Origin: Gammaproteobacteria bacterium
GTDB lineage: Bacteria > Pseudomonadota > Gammaproteobacteria > Tenderiales > Tenderiaceae
Assembly: GCA_021731365.1 (NCBI GenBank)
Contig: JAKFXL010000003.1
Coordinates: 69,234-133,233 of the forward strand
Direction: 5' to 3'
Length of the DNA stretch: 64,000 nucleotides
How positions within the stretch are numbered: position 1 is the first letter of the stretch; each line of letters opens with the position of its first letter. Of this stretch, positions 44,399 through 54,277 are shown piece by piece. Both the position numbers and the translations under genes were made by a program. The notes below the pieces were generated by a model. That model was given only the letters and a program-made list of their open reading frames with translations, did no database searches and was not told the DNA's origin.

Positions 44399-46906
44399 AT
44401 GGAAGACAAACGTAAACTACCCACACTGAAATATGACTATCTGGGGATGGACTGCAAATCACTTAAACAGTCCCTAGCCAACCGCATGGAGTTCTCGGCG
44501 GGCAAGGATCTCTACACCGCCACCCCCCGCGACTGGTACCACATCTCCTCCTGGGTCATTCGTGACCGACTGATTGAGCGCTGGATGGAGACCATGCGGA
44601 CCTATTATCAACAGGATTCCAAGCGGGTCTACTACCTCTCACTGGAGTTCATGATTGGGCGCACCCTGACCAACAGCGCCCTGAATCTCGGTATTCAAGG
44701 TGAATTTGCCAAGGCGCTGAACGAGATCGGCGTCGACCTGGAAGAGACCCAGGAGATGGAGAGTGATGCCGCCCTTGGCAATGGTGGTCTTGGCCGTCTG
44801 GCCGCCTGTTTCCTCGACTCCATGGCCTCACTCGGACTGCCGGGTTATGGCTACGGCATCCGGTACGAATATGGGATGTTCAACCAGCGCATCGAAAACG
44901 GCTACCAGATTGAACACCCGGAAAACTGGCTGCGCTACGGCAACCCATGGGAGTTCCCACGTGCCGAGGTGATCTACTCGGTCAAATTTAATGGCCGCGT
45001 CCTCTCGTTCCCCGATGAGTCAGGCGAGATGCACCACCGCTGGGTCGATAGTGACGACGTCATGGCCATGGCCTACGACACCCCAATCCCCGGTTACGGT
45101 GCCACCACCGTCAACAACATGCGCCTCTGGTCAGCCAAATCATCCCGTGACTTTGACCTTAAATATTTCAATGAAGGCAACTACATCAAGGCGGTTGAGG
45201 ATAAAAATGAGTCGGAGAATCTCTCCAAGGTGCTCTATCCCGACGACACCACCGAGATGGGCCGTGAACTACGCCTGAAACAGCAGTACTTTTTTGTCAG
45301 CGCCTCACTCCAGGACGTACTGTTCCGCCACCAGAAACACCACGACTCCTTTGACCAGCTGCCAGACAAAGTTGCTATCCAGCTCAACGATACCCACCCG
45401 GTCCTGGCCATTCCAGAGCTGATGCGGATACTCATGGATTGCCACAACTTAACATGGGAAAGGGCCTGGACCATCACCACCGGTACCTTCGCCTATACCA
45501 ACCACACCCTGCTGCCAGAGGCGCTGGAGAGCTGGCCGGTCGCCGTTATCGAGAAAATACTGCCTCGCCACATGCAGATCATCTATGAAATTAACCACCG
45601 CTTCCTCGACGAGGTGATGCATCGCCATCCCGGTGATTTTGAGTTACTGCGACGCATGTCTCTGATCGATGAGAGCAGTGGCAAACGGGTACGTATGGCC
45701 TACCTGGCCGTCGTGGGCAGCCATAAAGTCAACGGCGTTGCCGCCCTCCACACCCAACTGATGAAAAGCTCGATCTTTGCCGACTTTGACCGTTTTTACC
45801 CAGGCAAAATCATCAACATGACCAACGGCATCACACCACGCCGCTGGCTCAATCAGGCCAACCCCGATCTCTCACAGCTGATATCAAGCAAGATTGGCGA
45901 GGGGTGGATCACCGATCTGTTTGAGCTCAAAAAACTCACTCCCCTGGCAGAGGAGCGGGAATTCCGCCAGAGCTTCCGCCAAATCAAACACGGCAATAAG
46001 GTAAAACTGGCAGCACTGATCAAAAAAACCCTCGACATCGATGTCAACCCAAACTCCATGTTTGATATCCACGTCAAACGTATGCATGAGTACAAACGCC
46101 AGCTGCTGAACGTGCTGCATGTAGTCACACTCTACAACCGCATCCGCAGCAACCCCGAGAGCAACATCACCCCACGCACCATCATCTTTGCCGGCAAGGC
46201 CGCACCCGGCTACTACCTGGCCAAGCTGATCATCAAATTGATCAACGACGTCGCCAGCATCGTCAACAAAGATCCCGCTATTGGTGGCAAGCTTAAAGTG
46301 GTCTTCCTGCCCAACTACAACGTCTCCCTGGCAGAGAAAATTGTTCCGGCCTGCGACCTCTCAGAACAGATCTCCACCGCTGGCACGGAGGCCTCCGGCA
46401 CCGGCAACATGAAATTTGCCCTCAATGGTGCACTGACCATCGGCACCCTCGATGGTGCCAACGTCGAAATACAAGAGGAGGTGGGGGAGGAGAATATCTT
46501 CATCTTTGGCATGACCACCCCCGAAGTAGAAGAGCGCAAGCGCAACGGCTACAACCCGTGGGAGTGCTATCACGGCAACGCAGATCTCAAAACCGTGCTC
46601 GACATGATCGGCTCTGGCTACTTCTCTCCCGCCGAGCTCAACCGCTATCGTCCCATCATCGACACCCTCACCCACCACGGTGACCGCTACATGGTGCTGG
46701 CAGACTATCCCGCCTATGTTGCCCGCCAGGAGGATGTGGCAGCGCTCTACCAGGATCAGGAGAGCTGGTCACGCAAGGCAATACTCAACACCGCCAACAT
46801 GGGCAAATTTTCCAGCGACCGCACTATTAGCGAATATGCCAAGCAGATATGGGAGACCAAACCGGTCAAAACCCTAATCAAAAACGAAAAAAAGCGCAGC
46901 CGCTAA
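44399..46906 (+). CDS. glgP: Glycogen/maltodextrin phosphorylase
   Basis: GNGGLGRLAACFLDS and the PLP site EASGTGNMKFALNGALTIGTLDGANVE. Confidence 0.93.
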   Translation: MEDKRKLPTLKYDYLGMDCKSLKQSLANRMEFSAGKDLYTATPRDWYHISSWVIRDRLIERWMETMRTYYQQDSKRVYYLSLEFMIGRTLTNSALNLGIQGEFAKALNEIGVDLEETQEMESDAALGNGGLGRLAACFLDSMASLGLPGYGYGIRYEYGMFNQRIENGYQIEHPENWLRYGNPWEFPRAEVIYSVKFNGRVLSFPDESGEMHHRWVDSDDVMAMAYDTPIPGYGATTVNNMRLWSAKSSRDFDLKYFNEGNYIKAVEDKNESENLSKVLYPDDTTEMGRELRLKQQYFFVSASLQDVLFRHQKHHDSFDQLPDKVAIQLNDTHPVLAIPELMRILMDCHNLTWERAWTITTGTFAYTNHTLLPEALESWPVAVIEKILPRHMQIIYEINHRFLDEVMHRHPGDFELLRRMSLIDESSGKRVRMAYLAVVGSHKVNGVAALHTQLMKSSIFADFDRFYPGKIINMTNGITPRRWLNQANPDLSQLISSKIGEGWITDLFELKKLTPLAEEREFRQSFRQIKHGNKVKLAALIKKTLDIDVNPNSMFDIHVKRMHEYKRQLLNVLHVVTLYNRIRSNPESNITPRTIIFAGKAAPGYYLAKLIIKLINDVASIVNKDPAIGGKLKVVFLPNYNVSLAEKIVPACDLSEQISTAGTEASGTGNMKFALNGALTIGTLDGANVEIQEEVGEENIFIFGMTTPEVEERKRNGYNPWECYHGNADLKTVLDMIGSGYFSPAELNRYRPIIDTLTHHGDRYMVLADYPAYVARQEDVAALYQDQESWSRKAILNTANMGKFSSDRTISEYAKQIWETKPVKTLIKNEKKRSR

Positions 46907-46908
46907 CA

Positions 46909-46935
46909 ACAAAAAGGGGGAGCAACCGCTCCCCC
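46909..46935 (-). terminator. Rho-independent terminator of rho (possibly bidirectional with glgP)
   Basis: Stem gggggagc (46916-46923) / gctccccc (46928-46935), loop aacc. On the minus-strand RNA it is followed by UUUUU. Confidence 0.75.
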
Positions 46936-46967
46936 TCACACAATTTACCATCCACTTAGATGGCTGA

Positions 46968-48224
46968 CTAACGTCTCATCGAGTCAAAAAACTCATCGTT
47001 AGTCTTGGTATCCTTAAGCTTATCGAGCAGAAACTCCATCGCCGCCAACTCATCCATGGGATGCAGCAGCTTGCGCAGAATCCACATCTTCTGCAACTCA
47101 TCCTGCTTAGTAAGCAACTCTTCACGACGGGTACCCGAACGGTTGATATTGATAGCAGGATAGACGCGTCTTTCAGCAATCTTACGATCAAGGTGTAACT
47201 CCATGTTACCGGTACCCTTGAACTCTTCGTAAATCACATCATCCATACGTGAGCCAGTTTCAACCAGCGCCGTAGCAATAATCGTCAAACTGCCACCCTC
47301 TTCGATATTACGGGCAGCGCCAAAGAAGCGCTTTGGACGGTGCAGGGCGTTGGCATCAACCCCCCCTGTCAACACCTTGCCTGACGAAGGAATAACCGTA
47401 TTGTAAGCACGTGCCAGACGGGTAATCGAATCAAGCAAAATCACCACATCACGTTTATGCTCAACCAGACGTTTGGCCTTCTCAATGACCATCTCCGCCA
47501 CTTGTACATGACGGCTGGCAGGCTCATCAAAGGTACTGGCAACCACTTCGCCACGCACAGAACGCAACATCTCTGTCACCTCTTCAGGACGCTCATCAAT
47601 CAGCAGTACAATCAGGTAACACTCTGGGTGGTTGGCAGCGATGGATTGGGCAATGTTCTGCAACATCATAGTCTTACCCGCTTTAGGCGGAGAGACAATC
47701 ATGGCCCGCTGGCCTTTACCGGTAGGTGCCACCAGCTCAATCACACGGGCAGTCAAATCTTCAGTACTGCCATTGCCCTGCTCCACCTTGAGGCGCTGAT
47801 TGGCAAACAGCGGGGTAAGATTCTCAAACAATACTTTGTTTTTAGAGTTCTCAGGCGGCTCGAAATTGATCAAATCAACTTTCAACAACGCAAAATAACG
47901 TTCACCCTCCTTAGGTGGGCGAATCTTGCCGGTGACACTGTCACCCGTGCGAAGATTAAAACGACGAATCTGACTGGGCGATACATAGATATCATCAGGC
48001 CCGGCAAGATATGAGCAGTCTGCAGAGCGCAAAAAGCCAAAACCATCCTGCAATATCTCCAGCACACCATCCCCAGAGATTGGCTCACCCTTTTTGGCGT
48101 GCCCTTTCAAGACAGCAAAGATTATGTCCTGCTTACGACTACGGGCCATATTCTCGAGGCCCATCTCCATCGACAGCTCGATAAGCTCGGCTGCGGTCAT
48201 TTTTTTTAGTTCGGTTAGATTCAT
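46968..48224 (-). CDS. rho: Transcription termination factor Rho
   Basis: MNLTELKK N-terminus, GFGFLR RNA-binding motif and Walker A PPKAGKT. 418 aa from ATG 48224. Confidence 0.95.
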   Translation of the reverse strand: MNLTELKKMTAAELIELSMEMGLENMARSRKQDIIFAVLKGHAKKGEPISGDGVLEILQDGFGFLRSADCSYLAGPDDIYVSPSQIRRFNLRTGDSVTGKIRPPKEGERYFALLKVDLINFEPPENSKNKVLFENLTPLFANQRLKVEQGNGSTEDLTARVIELVAPTGKGQRAMIVSPPKAGKTMMLQNIAQSIAANHPECYLIVLLIDERPEEVTEMLRSVRGEVVASTFDEPASRHVQVAEMVIEKAKRLVEHKRDVVILLDSITRLARAYNTVIPSSGKVLTGGVDANALHRPKRFFGAARNIEEGGSLTIIATALVETGSRMDDVIYEEFKGTGNMELHLDRKIAERRVYPAININRSGTRREELLTKQDELQKMWILRKLLHPMDELAAMEFLLDKLKDTKTNDEFFDSMRR

Positions 48225-48399
48225 AAGTGATTTATTGTCGGCCACTGAAAGATATAGGGAAAACGAAAGGTTCTGAGGGAGTTCGGAATACGCCGGAAAA
48301 GACCGACTCGGAAATCATCGGTGAGGGATGATCTATTAATTATTTGTAAAGTTCGGATGAATTATAATCGTTATTCTACAACCGTACCACCTTTAAATT

Positions 48400-48430
48400 G
48401 CCGTGTCTAGCCCTAATTGCTAGACACGGC
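48400..48430 (-). promoter_or_regulatory. Stem-loop between trxA and rho (terminator/attenuator-like, no clear U-tract)
   Basis: Perfect 11-bp inverted repeat gccgtgtctag (48400-48410) / ctagacacggc (48420-48430), 9-nt loop. Confidence 0.5.
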
Positions 48431-48451
48431 CTCTCGACAACCCAGCAAGAC

Positions 48452-48778
48452 CTAAATATTAGTGTCCAAAAAGGCTATCAACTGTGACTTGGATACGGCC
48501 CCTACCTTGGTAGCCTCAACATTTCCACCCTTAAACAACATCAAGGTAGGGATGCCACGAATACCATATTTTGGCGGTGTGCCTGAATTTTCATCAATAT
48601 TCAACTTGGCAACACGTACCCGACCCGCATACTCAGTTGCAATCTCATCCAGAATTGGCGCAATCATTTTGCAGGGGCCACACCATTCAGCCCAAAAATC
48701 GACCAACACTGGCCCTTCCGCACTCAAAACTTCTTGATCAAAACTTGCGTCTGTTACGTAGACGATATTATCACTCAC
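48452..48778 (-). CDS. trxA: Thioredoxin
   Basis: WAEWCGPCK active site. GTG start at 48778 with GGAGG 7 nt upstream gives 108 aa ([14 protein letters not shown], compare MSDKIIHLTDDSF). Confidence 0.93.
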   Translation of the reverse strand: MSDNIVYVTDASFDQEVLSAEGPVLVDFWAEWCGPCKMIAPILDEIATEYAGRVRVAKLNIDENSGTPPKYGIRGIPTLMLFKGGNVEATKVGAVSKSQLIAFLDTNI

Positions 48779-48940
48779 TGTAATGCCTCCATTCAGGCCA
48801 TTATTGGCAATCCCCACAGAATCATACAAAAACATCTTCGAATCAAGTGTCTTAATGAGATTATTCTCTGTAAGATTCAAGCTTATGCTGAACAATAATG
48901 CAAGTCCGGCACCATCCGGACCCCTTAAAAAACTAAGCTA

Positions 48941-50263
48941 ATGGGCCTTATGGAAGTTACACACCTCTCTGATATCCGTTTTTCCAGCCTTAAGTTGTCC
49001 GCCCCGTTGATGCAGGGAATTACCGATTCTGGCTATGAATTTTGCACTCCGATTCAGGGCGACACGTTACCTCTGCTGCTCGGCGGCAACGATGTTGCTG
49101 GCCAAGCCAAAACAGGGACAGGGAAAACCATTGCCTTTCTGGTGGCTGTGATGAACAGGTTATTAACCGTGCCTGCTTCAGAGCACCGCCGCCCCAACCA
49201 GCCCCGGGTGCTCATCATGGCCCCCACCCGAGAGCTGGCGATACAGATCCATAAAGACGCAACGGCCCTTAATAGCCACACAGGCCTGATGCTGGGACTG
49301 GCCTACGGTGGTGCCAACTACGAATCACAGCGTAACGCATTGACCGAAGGTATTGACATATTAATAGGTACCCCTGGACGCATCATCGATTTTTTTAAAC
49401 AGAAAGTTTTTGATCTCAAGGCCATTCAGGCGATGGTGCTGGATGAGGCTGATCGTATGTTCGATCTTGGTTTTATCAGTGATGTCCGTTTTCTGTTACG
49501 GCGCATGCCCCACCCTGAGCAACGCCTGAATATGCTCTTCTCCGCCACCATGTCACACCGCGTGACTGAACTGGCCTACGAACATATGAACAACCCACAA
49601 GTGGTTAAAATTGAGAGCGACTCGATTACTGCTGACAATGTGGAGCAGAGTGTCTACTACACAGCCAACGATGAAAAAATCCCATTATTACTAGGGTTAC
49701 TAAAAAAACTGCTACCCGAACGCTCTATTATCTTTGTGAATACCAAACGTGCGGCTGAACAGGTATGGGGCTATCTTGAGGGCAATGGTTACAAATCGGG
49801 GCTGCTCTCTGGCGACATCCCGCAAAACAAACGTCAACGTCTGCTAGGGGAGTTTCAACAGGGGGAGCTGCCTATTCTGGTGGCTACCGATGTCGCTGCC
49901 CGGGGACTGCACATTCCCGCCATTAGCCATGTCTTTAATTTTGATCTACCACAAAGCGCTGAAGATTATGTGCACCGCATCGGCCGCACCGCCCGTGCCG
50001 GTGCCAGCGGCGTTGCCATCAGTTTCGCCTGCGAAGATTATTCGTTCCACCTGCCGGAGGTTGAGGAGTACATCGGGGCGAAACTCAACGCTCAGGCTGT
50101 CAGCACTGACTTATTACTCACGCCCCTGCCACCCGTCAGAGTAGAGCGCCAAGCCCCAAAGCCACACCACAAGGGCTCACACAAAGATGGGCCACAAAAC
50201 CGCTCCAACAACCGTGCCTCGCCACGCCAAAAGCCACGCCCAGCGGGCCCCAAACAGTCATAG
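48941..50263 (+). CDS. rhlB: DEAD-box ATP-dependent RNA helicase (RhlB-like)
   Basis: Q-motif F..L..PL, AKTGTGKT, PTRELA, DEAD (VLDEADRMFD), SAT, HRIGRTARAG, and a basic C-terminal tail. Confidence 0.85.
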   Translation: MGLMEVTHLSDIRFSSLKLSAPLMQGITDSGYEFCTPIQGDTLPLLLGGNDVAGQAKTGTGKTIAFLVAVMNRLLTVPASEHRRPNQPRVLIMAPTRELAIQIHKDATALNSHTGLMLGLAYGGANYESQRNALTEGIDILIGTPGRIIDFFKQKVFDLKAIQAMVLDEADRMFDLGFISDVRFLLRRMPHPEQRLNMLFSATMSHRVTELAYEHMNNPQVVKIESDSITADNVEQSVYYTANDEKIPLLLGLLKKLLPERSIIFVNTKRAAEQVWGYLEGNGYKSGLLSGDIPQNKRQRLLGEFQQGELPILVATDVAARGLHIPAISHVFNFDLPQSAEDYVHRIGRTARAGASGVAISFACEDYSFHLPEVEEYIGAKLNAQAVSTDLLLTPLPPVRVERQAPKPHHKGSHKDGPQNRSNNRASPRQKPRPAGPKQS

Positions 50264-50269
50264 ATAACC

Positions 50270-50899
50270 ATGGCCAGTGATTTTAACCAGATGCCGGTCC
50301 ACGCGGCTATAACCGCCATCGCTCACGATTTTCATCGCCGTGGCTGGATGGCGGGTACTGCGGGCAATCTCAGTACCCGATCTAAGGATGGAAAGGGATT
50401 ATGGATCACCAGCAGTGGCCTACCCAAAGGCAAACTTGATACCCGCGATCTGATTTTGATGGGGCTTGAGGGTAACGAAATCCAGCAACGTTTACGTGAT
50501 GATGCTCGGCCATCAGCAGAGACCAGTATCCACCAAACCATCTATACCCTCTTCCCAAACGCACAGGCCTGTTTTCATATTCACACTGTTGATGCCTGTC
50601 TTGCCACCGCAAAAATTGAACCGCAGACCCAGTCAATGCCGCTACCTCCTCTTGAAATGATTAAGGGGCTGGATATTTGGGAGGAGTCACCGCAAGTGGC
50701 GCTGGCCCTTTTTGATAACAGACTTGATGTGCCGAGCATCGCCCATGAGATTCACAAACGCTTTACCGCCGAACCACCCCAAATCCCCGCGCTGATGATC
50801 CGCAACCATGGCATCACCGTGTGGGGAGGCTCACTGCAGCAGACCTACAACCGAATCGAGATTATCGAGTTCATCATGAGCTACATCGCACGCCAATAA
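50270..50899 (+). CDS. mtnB: Methylthioribulose-1-phosphate dehydratase (class II aldolase/adducin family)
   Basis: GWMAGTAGNLS, PSAETSIHQ and RNHGITVWG motifs. Confidence 0.8.
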   Translation: MASDFNQMPVHAAITAIAHDFHRRGWMAGTAGNLSTRSKDGKGLWITSSGLPKGKLDTRDLILMGLEGNEIQQRLRDDARPSAETSIHQTIYTLFPNAQACFHIHTVDACLATAKIEPQTQSMPLPPLEMIKGLDIWEESPQVALALFDNRLDVPSIAHEIHKRFTAEPPQIPALMIRNHGITVWGGSLQQTYNRIEIIEFIMSYIARQ

Positions 50900-50926
50900 A
50901 TTTTCAATATTCTGATTTTGAAAACT

Positions 50927-51166
50927 TTATTTACATGTTTTAGCAGAGCAACCCACACCTGCTGCCGATACCCCGCCCAGTCTGGCAAGTATCTTATCCA
51001 TCAAACACCAGCCAGTAATGCCACTCTGAAAGAGGTTAATACCCACAAACAGGGTGAGCCACAACCACTGGCTGCTATGGAACAACGGGCTGGCTTCAAC
51101 GCCTAACGCCAATGAAAGTAAAATAAAGGTCCCTGCCATCGTTCGTGTAATGCGTGTAATGTTCAT
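50927..51166 (-). CDS. DUF2892/YgaP-like small membrane protein
   Basis: About 79 aa, two transmembrane helices, with the LFQSGITGWC motif typical of DUF2892. Start chosen at ATG 51166. Confidence 0.6.
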   Translation of the reverse strand: MNITRITRTMAGTFILLSLALGVEASPLFHSSQWLWLTLFVGINLFQSGITGWCLMDKILARLGGVSAAGVGCSAKTCK

Positions 51167-51272
51167 AGTTGCGCCTCTCAATGGTGACATAGATAGTATT
51201 AGAATTCTCTAATATTATAGGTGCATCCGGCAACATTGCAAATCCACACGACTTAGGAGCACTAACAACCTC

Positions 51273-52121
51273 ATGGAACATGAACCACTTATCCGCCTGG
51301 CGGTGTTTTTCGGCGTGTTTGCCACCGTAGCCTTCTTTGAAACCCGCTATCCACGTCGTGCGCCCTTACACAAGGCGGCTCGCTGGCTTAATAACCTTAC
51401 CCTGATTTTTATCAACGCACTGATTTTACGACTCATTTTTCCAGCCGCTGCTATCGGTATGGCCATCTTTGTAGAACAGGAGCAGTGGGGATTATTCAAC
51501 TATTACGCCCTCAGCCCCGGTTTAGCCCTGCTATTGAGTATCATCGCATTAGACCTCATCATCTACTTTCAGCACATACTTTTCCACGCTGTTCCACTGT
51601 TGTGGCGACTACACATGGTGCACCATGCCGATCTGGAGTACGACCTGACCACCGGCCTGCGCTTCCATCCTATCGAAATAGCGCTATCAATGATTATCAA
51701 GTTTGCCGCCATCGCCGTGCTGGGCACCCCCGTCGTCGCGGTCATCATCTTTGAGCTACTGCTCAACGCCAGCGCCATGTTCAACCACGGAAATTTACGG
51801 TTGCCTGAAAGGCTGGACAGAGTCCTCCGCTGGGTCATCGTCACGCCCGACATGCACCGCATTCACCACTCCAGCATCAAGCGCGAAACCAACAGCAACT
51901 ACGGTTTCAGCATCGCCTGCTGGGACCGCCTCTTTGGCACCTACCGTGCCCAGCCCAGCGCAAGCCATGAGACGATGGAGATCGGCCTGACACAGTTCCG
52001 CGATCGTTCACGCCTCACCTTACCGTGGCTGCTGATACTTCCCGTCGTTGGCAAGGTCGGCAGCTACCCAATCAACCGCGATGAAGCACCCTCAACCGCT
52101 AAAACCACACAAAATACCTGA
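51273..52121 (+). CDS. Fatty-acid hydroxylase / sterol desaturase family membrane protein
   Basis: Histidine boxes HILFH, HMVHH and HRIHHS within a polytopic membrane protein. Confidence 0.8.
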   Translation: MEHEPLIRLAVFFGVFATVAFFETRYPRRAPLHKAARWLNNLTLIFINALILRLIFPAAAIGMAIFVEQEQWGLFNYYALSPGLALLLSIIALDLIIYFQHILFHAVPLLWRLHMVHHADLEYDLTTGLRFHPIEIALSMIIKFAAIAVLGTPVVAVIIFELLLNASAMFNHGNLRLPERLDRVLRWVIVTPDMHRIHHSSIKRETNSNYGFSIACWDRLFGTYRAQPSASHETMEIGLTQFRDRSRLTLPWLLILPVVGKVGSYPINRDEAPSTAKTTQNT

Positions 52122-52285
52122 AAAATAATTGACTTAGCTGTAACCCGATAATACTTGACAGTAGTAAATTGTCCGTGGCATAACCACGGTACGGAACTGT
52201 TGTGGAAGTGGAACGTAGTGACACAACAAGCAATATGTTCCTGTAGTACGATCAAGGATGCTGTTTGAAACTAGGGGAGACTGAT

Positions 52286-52330
52286 AACAGCAATCGGATC
52301 ATGATGGAATGGCACTATTGCTGTTTTTTT
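52286..52330 (+). terminator. Orphan intrinsic-terminator-like hairpin upstream of the cytochrome c gene
   Basis: 9-bp stem aacagcaat (52286-52294) / attgctgtt (52317-52325), running into a T-tract of about 7 (52324-52330). Lies 165 nt after the previous stop and 31 nt before the cytochrome c ATG. Confidence 0.45.
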
Positions 52331-52360
52331 ATAAACTCATTATTGAGGGGAATTAATTAC

Positions 52361-52693
52361 ATGAAATCACGTCTGTTGAGCATTTCTGCTGCTGCTGTAT
52401 TAATGCTGGGTGTTGCCGGTCAGGCAAGTGCTGATCCGTTGGAACTGGCCAAAAAGAGCGGTTGCTTGGCTTGCCATAGCGTCGACAAAAAAGTGGTTGG
52501 CCCAGGCTGGAAAGATGTTAGCGCCAAGTACAAAGGCGACGCCGGTGCCAAAGCTGCATTGGTTGATAAGGTCAAAAAAGGCGGCAAAGGCAACTGGACT
52601 GCTGTGACTGGTGGCGTACCAATGCCTCCGTACTCACCACGTGTTGCTGATGCCGATATCGATACCTTGGTTGATTTTATCCTGACCCTGTAA
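52361..52693 (+). CDS. Periplasmic monohaem c-type cytochrome (c551/c552-like)
   Basis: Signal peptide MKSRLLSISAAAVLMLGVAGQASA, haem site CLACH, distal Met context (VPMPP). SD GAGGGG upstream of ATG 52361. Confidence 0.85.
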   Translation: MKSRLLSISAAAVLMLGVAGQASADPLELAKKSGCLACHSVDKKVVGPGWKDVSAKYKGDAGAKAALVDKVKKGGKGNWTAVTGGVPMPPYSPRVADADIDTLVDFILTL

Positions 52694-52717
52694 TTCGATT
52701 TAGCAAGCAATACAATT

Positions 52718-52748
52718 AAAGCCAGCCTTCGGGCTGGCTTTTTTTTCT
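52718..52748 (+). terminator. Rho-independent terminator of the cytochrome c gene
   Basis: Stem gccagcc / ggctggc with a ttcg loop (52721-52738), followed by a T-run of about 8. Confidence 0.85.
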
Positions 52749-52815
52749 CCGCCAATACCCGCTTTGCAATGATAAAATCCTCCGCATTACAACCATTGAG
52801 TTTTGAGGACACAAC

Positions 52816-53628
52816 GTGACACAACTGCACACCGTACCCGTGGTAATGACCCTCTCCGGCAACGACCCTACGGGTGGAGCGGGCATTCAGGCCGATATTG
52901 AGGCGCTGATCAGCATGGGTTGTCACGCAGCACCCATCATCACCGCACTCACCGTACAAGACACACAAAAAGTATTTCGCTTTGAGGCGACCGATGCCAC
53001 CCTGATTATTGAACAGGCACGGGCGGTACTTGAAGATATGCCTGTTGCCGCATTCAAAATCGGCATGGTTGGCAGCGTTGAGAATGTTGAGGCCATCCAC
53101 ACGCTGTTAATGGATTACCCGGCCATTCCGGTGGTCCTGGACCCCATTATCACCGCCGGAGGCGGTGGTGAACTGGCGGGTGACGAGATCATTGATGCCA
53201 TGATCTCGCTACTGTTGCCTCAAACCACCGTGCTCACCCCCAACAGTATCGAGGCACGCCGTTTTGCCTCCACCGCTGACAACCTGGATGCCTGTGCCCA
53301 GGCGCTGCTCGACATGGGGTGTGAGTTTGTGCTGATTACTGGTGCCCACGAAAACACCCCGATGGTGGAGAACCGCCTCTACGCCGAGCACCGCAATCTT
53401 GAAACCTTCAGTTGGGAGCGGCTCCCCGGCAGCTACCACGGCTCTGGCTGTACACTGGCCTCAGCCATTGCCGGCCTGCTGGCGCAGGGGCTCGATCCCT
53501 TTGCCGCGATCCACGAGGCGCAGCAATATGCGTGGGAGACCCTCAAACATGGTTACCGCATCGGCATGGGGCAGACCATCCCCAATCGGCTCTTCTGGGC
53601 ACGGGGTGATGAGGACGAACAGGGGTGA
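52816..53628 (+). CDS. thiD: Hydroxymethylpyrimidine/phosphomethylpyrimidine kinase
   Basis: SGNDPTGGAGIQAD, KIGM and HGSGCTLASAIA motifs. GTG start with GAGGA upstream. Confidence 0.9.
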   Translation: MTQLHTVPVVMTLSGNDPTGGAGIQADIEALISMGCHAAPIITALTVQDTQKVFRFEATDATLIIEQARAVLEDMPVAAFKIGMVGSVENVEAIHTLLMDYPAIPVVLDPIITAGGGGELAGDEIIDAMISLLLPQTTVLTPNSIEARRFASTADNLDACAQALLDMGCEFVLITGAHENTPMVENRLYAEHRNLETFSWERLPGSYHGSGCTLASAIAGLLAQGLDPFAAIHEAQQYAWETLKHGYRIGMGQTIPNRLFWARGDEDEQG

Positions 53629-54242
53629 ACAGCCGTTTACGCGGGCTCTATGCCATTACCGATAGTACGCTCAGCCCCCACGGCCAGCTACTGACCGCCG
53701 CAGAGCAGGCGATTCACGGTGGTGCCCGGATTCTTCAGTACCGCGACAAAAGTGGCCAGCCCTCACGTCGTCGACAGGAGGCCGAGGCATTACTGACACT
53801 CTGCCGCCAACACCGTGTAACCTTTATTATCAATGATGACGTGGCCCTGGCCGCTGCCATTGGTGCTGACGGTGTCCACCTTGGCCGAGGTGATGGCACT
53901 GTAAAAGAGGCACGTCAGCAACTGGGGGGCGGCATTATTGGTCTCTCTTGTTACAATGAGTGGGCGCTGGCGGAGACCGCGGCAAGAGCGGGGGCTGACT
54001 ACATCGCCTTTGGTGCATTTTTTCCATCGGCCACCAAACCTGCTGCCGTACACGCCGCACCTGAGTTACTGTTACGCAGCCGCCACGAACTCAACCTCCC
54101 GGTGGTCGCCATTGGCGGCATCACACCGGAGAATGGCGCTGATCTAATCGCCGCCGGTGCGGATATGCTGGCCGTGGTACACGGGGTGTTTGGCCAACCG
54201 GATATCCAGAGCGCGGCACGCCGTTACGCCGCGCTGTTTTAA
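53625..54242 (+). CDS. thiE: Thiamine-phosphate synthase
   Basis: LYAITD, LQYRDK, FIINDD and VAIGGI motifs. 4-nt overlap with thiD. Confidence 0.9.
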   Translation: MNSRLRGLYAITDSTLSPHGQLLTAAEQAIHGGARILQYRDKSGQPSRRRQEAEALLTLCRQHRVTFIINDDVALAAAIGADGVHLGRGDGTVKEARQQLGGGIIGLSCYNEWALAETAARAGADYIAFGAFFPSATKPAAVHAAPELLLRSRHELNLPVVAIGGITPENGADLIAAGADMLAVVHGVFGQPDIQSAARRYAALF

Positions 54243-54277
54243 CACTGAACATTAAAATTAATACAGAAGGATTGACC

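Noticed and set aside
52310-52323. Sigma-54-like TGGCAC...TTGC word (also tggcataattgcc near 18272)
   Set aside because: The GG-to-GC spacing is about 7 nt, not the 10 nt a -24/-12 promoter requires.
52420-53100. 226-aa minus-strand ORF spanning the cytochrome c gene, its terminator and the thiD 5' end
   Set aside because: It crosses a clear intrinsic terminator and two well-supported plus-strand genes. Not credible as coding.
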